Below, piece by piece: positions 26,958 to 32,000 of a stretch of 32,000 nt of DNA. This DNA comes from Edaphobacter aggregans. Its GTDB lineage: Bacteria > Acidobacteriota > Terriglobia > Terriglobales > Acidobacteriaceae. The first letter of the stretch is position 1, and every line of letters starts with the position of its first letter. Under the pieces are notes generated by a model. The model was not told the DNA's origin. It saw nothing but the letters and a program-made list of their open reading frames with translations, and did no database searches. The translations under genes were made by a program, and so were the position numbers. The stretch spans positions 1,140,001 through 1,172,000 of the forward strand of contig NZ_RSDW01000001.1 in the NCBI RefSeq assembly GCF_003945235.1, given 5' to 3'.

Positions 26958-28583
26958 TCAGAGCCTTACCACCACATGGCCCGGACACTGGTTTCCTGCC
27001 ACACCGACCAGGCGCTCCACGAGGCCCTCGCCGTATCTCGCCAGAAACCATACCCCTGCCAGAACACGCTCCTGCGGGTGGCCGTCGGGATAGATGTTCA
27101 GCGTAATGGCCTCGGCGTGCTTGCGCAGGCTCGACTCCTTCTGGAGCTCGTAGGTTGCCGCCATGCGCCGCAGACGGTTCATCTGGTAGAGCATCTTCGA
27201 CCCCGAGCTCTCCGCGGAGGTTCCCAGGCTCTCGTCGATGCCGCGCAGATATTCCGTAAGTGCCTCGAGTTCGGTATCGAGAGCGTTGCCGACCGCGGCC
27301 AGCTTTCTCTTGAGCGGAATGGGCATCGCACGTGCGCCGAGACGCTGTGCAAGCTCGTCGGCCGTGGTCATGGCGTCGGGGAGCTGCACCTCGTCCTTGT
27401 CCATGATGTCGGCGATCGCCGGCTCAATGAGCGTGGCACTGAGACGGGGCAATACAGGAGTGATTCGGCCCAAGATCTTGTCGTAGAGGACGGCACTCTG
27501 CGCGAAGTAAGCGACCTCGGCTGGACCACCGATGTAGGTAGCCGTCGGGAGCAGCGTGTCCTGAAAGACCGGTCGCAGCAGGGCGTTGGGACTCAACCGC
27601 TCGGGCGTCTTTTCAAGGATGCTCAGCAGGTCCTCAGAGCTGTAGATATGTCCGCCCGCCCGCCATTGTCCTTCTGCTGGCCTGCGCAGGGCGACACGCT
27701 CACCAGTCCCCTCGTCTACAAGGAAGAGGAGGGATGCGCCCTCGGCCACCATTACCTGGGCGTGGTAGCCATTGCGTACCAGGTCTTCGCTGCGAGCGAT
27801 CAGGGCCTTCTGCAGCTCATCGGCGTGCTCGATTGCGTAGCGCAACGTGGACGCGCCCAAAGAGTGACACTCCCGCGAAGAGGCATCGATGACGATCAGC
27901 CCCTGCTCGGCGAATATCTTCGCCATAAGCCGTGCGAATGCGTTGGCGAGGGTCGGTTCGTGTCCGTCGTGTGCCTGGTAACACTCGCGCAGCCAGTCGG
28001 TGACCGGGGCGTAACCCAGAAGCTCACTGGCGCGCTCTAATAGCGACTCCATCTCCGGCCCCAGGGCCACTCCGCCCACAGGCACGGCATGAGAAACGCG
28101 CAACCCGGCACGAAGCGTTTCCACGGTGGTCTTGGTCAGTAGCGATACCTGGTCCACCTCGGCCAGATCGTGGTCTTCGGTTGCGAGCCAGAAGACCGGT
28201 ACATGCTCGATACCGGTCGCCCGCGTAGCCTCTTTGGCACGCGCCACTGCAGAAGCCGCCTTCAAAAGCGTCAGTAGCGGGCCGCCGAAGAGCACCACCT
28301 GCTGGCCCGTGACCACGGCTCTTGCACCGCCGCGCAGCTTTTCGATGTTCGCCATCGCTGCCGCACCTGCGCCGAAGCTCTCGTTCTGCCGCTTCAGCTC
28401 GTCGGCCAACCGATTGGCGTCGGCCCCCACGGCCGCCTCGCCGATCCACTTGCCAGCAAACGGCTCTGCCCCGTACCAACAGCGAATCGCCGCATCGGCG
28501 GGTTTCTCGCCCATGGTCAGGAAGTCGCGGTAGATCTGCGACACATGCGGCAACACCGTTATCGGGTAACACTCAACGCTCAT
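26958..28583 (-). CDS. bshC: Bacillithiol biosynthesis cysteine-adding enzyme BshC (UPF0747/DUF2317)
   Basis: ~541 aa from the ATG at 28583 (MSVECYPITVLPHVSQIYRDFL). Matches my recollection of family features: VVTGQQ..LFGGPLLT, FWLATEDHD, GGPAEVAYF. Confidence 0.85.
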   Translation of the reverse strand: MSVECYPITVLPHVSQIYRDFLTMGEKPADAAIRCWYGAEPFAGKWIGEAAVGADANRLADELKRQNESFGAGAAAMANIEKLRGGARAVVTGQQVVLFGGPLLTLLKAASAVARAKEATRATGIEHVPVFWLATEDHDLAEVDQVSLLTKTTVETLRAGLRVSHAVPVGGVALGPEMESLLERASELLGYAPVTDWLRECYQAHDGHEPTLANAFARLMAKIFAEQGLIVIDASSRECHSLGASTLRYAIEHADELQKALIARSEDLVRNGYHAQVMVAEGASLLFLVDEGTGERVALRRPAEGQWRAGGHIYSSEDLLSILEKTPERLSPNALLRPVFQDTLLPTATYIGGPAEVAYFAQSAVLYDKILGRITPVLPRLSATLIEPAIADIMDKDEVQLPDAMTTADELAQRLGARAMPIPLKRKLAAVGNALDTELEALTEYLRGIDESLGTSAESSGSKMLYQMNRLRRMAATYELQKESSLRKHAEAITLNIYPDGHPQERVLAGVWFLARYGEGLVERLVGVAGNQCPGHVVVRL

Positions 28584-28721
28584 TGCGGTCCTACTGTCCT
28601 CAACTATCATTTGCAGACCGCAGTCCCGTTACCCGAAGCCGCGGACATTACTTGAACTTTTCCGTGCATCTCGTTGGATGCGGCCCACACAACTCCCGAT
28701 GCAGGATGATACCGTAGCCGT

Positions 28722-29366
28722 ATGGCCGCCCAGTCAAAGAAAGCAAAGAAATTAAACGCATCCGCGCCCTCCGTAGCCGCCAAACTCTCTTCCAAATCGA
28801 AGAAATCGTCGAAAAAAGCTGTTCTGGTGTCTTCGAAACTCTCCTACAAGGGTAAGGTTTTCTCCGTCTTTACGGATACCGTGATCGAGCCCACCGGGGT
28901 GACCAATGTGCGGGACGTGATTCGACATAACGGCTCGGTCGTCATTCTGGCTGTAGACGAATCGAAGGACCCCAAAGACCCCGAGATCATCTTCGAACGC
29001 CAGTACCGCCACGCCGCTGGTCAGTTCCTGTACGAGCTTCCGGCTGGCCGCGTCGAACCCAACGAGGCCACTCTAGCTGCCGCCAAGCGCGAGATGATCG
29101 AAGAGACTGGCTACCGCGCCAAACGCTGGACGCTGCTGACCAAATACTTCGCAAGCCCCGGTTTTCTTGGGGAGTGGATGCAGATCTATCTAGCCCGCGA
29201 TATCCGCGAAGGAGTCTCGCAGCCCGAGGCCGACGAGCAGATTGAGGTCTTGCGGATTCGGCTGTCGGAGGCCCTGGCCCTTATCGCTGCGAACAAAATC
29301 CACGACGGCAAGACCCTGATCGGCCTTATGCTCTACGACGCCGCCCGACGTGCCGGCAAATTGTGA
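28722..29366 (+). CDS. NUDIX hydrolase (ADP-ribose pyrophosphatase-like) with a Lys/Ser-rich N-terminal extension
   Basis: Nudix box GRVEPNEATLAAAKREMIEETGY. About 40 N-terminal residues are low-complexity K/S/A. Confidence 0.88.
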   Translation: MAAQSKKAKKLNASAPSVAAKLSSKSKKSSKKAVLVSSKLSYKGKVFSVFTDTVIEPTGVTNVRDVIRHNGSVVILAVDESKDPKDPEIIFERQYRHAAGQFLYELPAGRVEPNEATLAAAKREMIEETGYRAKRWTLLTKYFASPGFLGEWMQIYLARDIREGVSQPEADEQIEVLRIRLSEALALIAANKIHDGKTLIGLMLYDAARRAGKL

Positions 29367-29500
29367 ATATCTGGTGACAGATGATTTACAAAGTCGAGAC
29401 AACGCCAGAAAACCCTAGCCGCAACTTCTGCGTCACAGTGAGTTGAGAGGTGTCGACTCCAGTCGGCGCAGCTCGACAACGAACATAGGGAGTTGGGCAC

Positions 29501-29713
29501 GTGGCACAATACAGGGGAACAGTGAAGTGGTTCAACAACGCAAAAGGGTACGGTTTCCTCGGTCGCAATGAGGGCGCCGACGTATTCGTCCATTACACAT
29601 CCATACAGCGCGAAGGGTATAAGAGCCTCAAAGAAGGCGACGAGGTTGAATTCGATATTGTTCAGGGCGCCAAAGGGCCACAGGCTGATCAGGTAGCCCG
29701 CATCGCCAATTAG
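29501..29713 (+). CDS. Cold-shock protein (CspA family)
   Basis: GTG start after GGGAG. RNP1 motif KGYGF in [15 protein letters not shown], and RNP2 motif VFVHY. 70 aa. Confidence 0.95.
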   Translation: MAQYRGTVKWFNNAKGYGFLGRNEGADVFVHYTSIQREGYKSLKEGDEVEFDIVQGAKGPQADQVARIAN

Positions 29714-29748
29714 TCTGTTGCTTTTCCAGGCTCTGGGACACCACGAAC

Positions 29749-29790
29749 GGTGCATCACGCCACGAAAGGGCGTGTGCGCCGTTTTCGTTT
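29749..29790 (+). terminator. Rho-independent terminator after the csp gene
   Basis: CACGCC / GGCGTG form the core stem (29756-29774), extendable by GGTGCA / TGCGCC with one wobble pair. GTTTTCGTTT follows. It overlaps the ORF-track polX start at 29750, which argues for the ATG at 29828. Confidence 0.6.
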
Positions 29791-29827
29791 GATGTTGCAT
29801 ACTGTCCACGAGCCCTGTTGCACTCTT

Positions 29828-31582
29828 ATGGACAATATTTCCATCGCCCGCCTGCTTGACGAGACCGCCTCTCTCCTCGAGATCGACTCAGCCGACCCCT
29901 TTCGTGTTCGCTCCTATCGCCGCGCCGCCGAGGCCGTCGAGCAGCAGACCACCCAACTCGCCACCCTCGCGACACCTGACGCCGATCCTAAGGCGCTGCT
30001 CGCCATCGCGGGGATCGGCAAAGGCATGGCCGCTAATATCGTTGCCATCGTCAACACCGGCACTCTGCCCCTGCGCGAAGAGCTTCTGCAGAAGTACAAG
30101 CCCACCATGCTTGAATTGCTGCGCCTGCCCGGCATGGGTCCTAAGACAGTGGCGTTGCTTTGGTCCGCACTCGAAGTCGCCGATATCGATGCGCTCGAAG
30201 CCGCAGCTAAGGCTGGCGACCTTAACAAGCTCCCCCGCATGGGCGAGAAGTTCACCACCAAGCTGATCAAGGGCATCGAGGACTACCGCCGTAACTCCAG
30301 CCGCTTTCGTATCGATCAAGCTCGCGAACAGGCCGAGCGCATCTCCGCTCTCATCCGCGAGTTCCCCGGCATCGACGAGATCACTCCCGCCGGCTCTCTC
30401 CGCCGTGGCCGGGAGACCGTCGGCGACCTCGACCTCCTTGTCACCGGCCCCGCCTGCGAGGCCGACGTAGTCTCCGCCGCAGTCGATCACGTCGCCGCGC
30501 TGCCGTTGATCGACAAGCTCCTCGCCAAGGGTCAGAACAAGGTCTCCTTCACCCTTCGCAGCAATTTGCAGGTCGACGTCCGGCTGCTTCCCCGTGCAAG
30601 CTACGGAGCCGCGCTGCAGTACTTCACCGGCTCCAAGATGCACAACGTTGCCCTGCGCCAGAGAGCCATCAAACGCGGACTCACGCTGAACGAATACGCT
30701 CTAGCCCGGCTCGAAGACAACACGATCGTTGCCGCCGCCACCGAAGAAGCGATCTATCGCGCCCTTGACCTCGACTACATCCCACCCGAGCTGCGCGAAA
30801 ACTCCGGCGAACTCGAAGCCGCCGCCACCCACGCGCTTCCGCAGCTCATCACCCTCACCGACATTCACGGCGACCTGCACATGCACACGACCGAGACCGA
30901 CGGCGCCAACACCATCCGCGAGATGGCCGAGGCCGCTCTTGCCCGTGGCTTGAAATACATCGCCATCACCGACCACAGCAAAAATCTCGCCATGACCAAC
31001 GGCATGGACGACAAGCGCGCCCTCGCTCACATCAAGCGCATCCGCGAGGTCGACGCTCAAATGCAAGGGCGCATCCGCGTTCTTCCCGGCATCGAGGTCG
31101 ACATTCTCGCTGAAGGCCAGCTCGACCTCGACGACTCCACCCTCGCCCAGATGGACGTCGTCGTCGCCAGCGTCCACAGCCGCTTCGACCAGCCCATCGA
31201 CCAGATGACCGACCGCATCCTCTGCGCGCTCGAAAATCCGCACACAAGAATCCTCGGCCACCCCACCGGCCGCAAGGTGCTGAAGCGCGACCCCTACGCC
31301 CTCCACCTCGACAAAATTCTCAAGCGTGCCGCCGAGCTGGGAGTAGCCGTAGAACACAACGCCAGCCCAGCCCGAGCCGACCTCAACGATCTCCACCTGC
31401 GACTGGCCAAACAACATGGCTGCAAAATCACCATCAACACCGACGCACATAGCACAGACGAGCTAGACCAGATCCGCTACGGCATCACCCAACTCCGCCG
31501 CGCTTGGCTGACCCCCGCCGACCTCATCAACACGCAGCCCACCGCCGAAGCCCTGCTAACTCAACTCCGCTCCAAACCGTGA
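29828..31582 (+). CDS. polX: DNA polymerase/3'-5' exonuclease PolX (Pol beta-like domain plus PHP domain)
   Basis: N-terminal helix-hairpin-helix region (IAGIGKGMA, LPGMGPKT), nucleotidyltransferase motif GSLRRGRETVGDLDLLV, and a PHP domain (GDLHMHT..TDG, ITDHS). Confidence 0.92.
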   Translation: MDNISIARLLDETASLLEIDSADPFRVRSYRRAAEAVEQQTTQLATLATPDADPKALLAIAGIGKGMAANIVAIVNTGTLPLREELLQKYKPTMLELLRLPGMGPKTVALLWSALEVADIDALEAAAKAGDLNKLPRMGEKFTTKLIKGIEDYRRNSSRFRIDQAREQAERISALIREFPGIDEITPAGSLRRGRETVGDLDLLVTGPACEADVVSAAVDHVAALPLIDKLLAKGQNKVSFTLRSNLQVDVRLLPRASYGAALQYFTGSKMHNVALRQRAIKRGLTLNEYALARLEDNTIVAAATEEAIYRALDLDYIPPELRENSGELEAAATHALPQLITLTDIHGDLHMHTTETDGANTIREMAEAALARGLKYIAITDHSKNLAMTNGMDDKRALAHIKRIREVDAQMQGRIRVLPGIEVDILAEGQLDLDDSTLAQMDVVVASVHSRFDQPIDQMTDRILCALENPHTRILGHPTGRKVLKRDPYALHLDKILKRAAELGVAVEHNASPARADLNDLHLRLAKQHGCKITINTDAHSTDELDQIRYGITQLRRAWLTPADLINTQPTAEALLTQLRSKP

Positions 31583-31713
31583 ATGCCCGCGGCAATGGTC
31601 TTCAACCCGTGCTTCCAGTTCACATCGGCAAGTAGCTTTATCCAAAGCGCTCCAGTGGCGATATACGAACAACACCAGCATCTCATCGATGCAAACGCGA
31701 TATCCTAATAAAC

Positions 31714-32000
31714 GTGGCTCACTCCGCGACAACCGATCACGTCCTGGCTCAAGCGAAAGCCACGCCCACGCTGCTGGCCGACTACGCAACCCTCTTCAAG
31801 CTCCGTGTCTCCACCATGGTCATCATCACTGCGGGAGCAGGCTTTTACCTCGGCTCACTGCGCAGCGGCATCAGCCCGTTCCATGCCGGCTTGATACAGG
31901 CTCTCGCCGGGATCGCCGTCGTCACCTGCGGCTCCAGCGCTCTGAATCAAGCCCTCGAGCGCCGCACCGACGCCCACATGCGCCGCACCTCCAACCGTCC
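31714..32000 (+). CDS. cyoE: Heme O synthase (protoheme IX farnesyltransferase), 5' part; continues beyond the window
   Basis: A GTG at 31714 follows the in-frame TAATAA. DYATLFKLRVSTMVIIT...ALNQALERRTDAHMRRTSNRP matches the UbiA-family CtaB/CyoE N-terminus. It is absent from the ORF track because it has no stop in the window. Confidence 0.85.
   Translation, partial: MAHSATTDHVLAQAKATPTLLADYATLFKLRVSTMVIITAGAGFYLGSLRSGISPFHAGLIQALAGIAVVTCGSSALNQALERRTDAHMRRTSNR

Overview
High-GC (about 60%) chromosomal segment whose gene content points to an Acidobacteriota (Terriglobia-type) genome; that assignment is inference. I support about 29 protein genes and found no rRNA, tRNA, CRISPR array, transposase or integrase. 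Left to right: 3' end of an Ig-like/MBG surface protein; PL22 oligogalacturonate lyase plus a GH2 glycosidase; a blaI / M56 blaR1-like / htrA operon; acyl-CoA dehydrogenase; a tightly packed minus-strand cluster (VWA, VWA, CysK/CBS-like, DUF1801, CGS/CGL-like); DUF1015; an amidase / GerMN / murI / EVE cell-wall operon; fabI; DinB-like; amidohydrolase; an Uup-like ABC-F ATPase; a small Cys-containing protein; an ECF sigma factor; bshC; a NUDIX hydrolase; a cold-shock protein; polX; and the 5' end of heme O synthase. The most unusual signal is compositional. Between about 1.4 and 23.6 kb, synonymous sites are C/A-rich on the + strand whichever way genes point, so + and - genes use mirror-image codon sets. 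Unskewed blocks interrupt this pattern, and one boundary lies inside the ABC-F ORF. Other points worth a look: 7-bp tandem arrays on both sides of murI; a ~35-codon in-frame insertion in murI with foreign codon usage; a multi-hairpin repeat element at 17.1-17.3 kb; a perfect 7-2-7 palindrome in front of blaI; VWA genes apparently translationally coupled to sulfur amino acid genes; and an orphan ECF sigma next to ~0.5 kb of poorly coding DNA. All calls come from reading the sequence and recalling family motifs. No database search was run.
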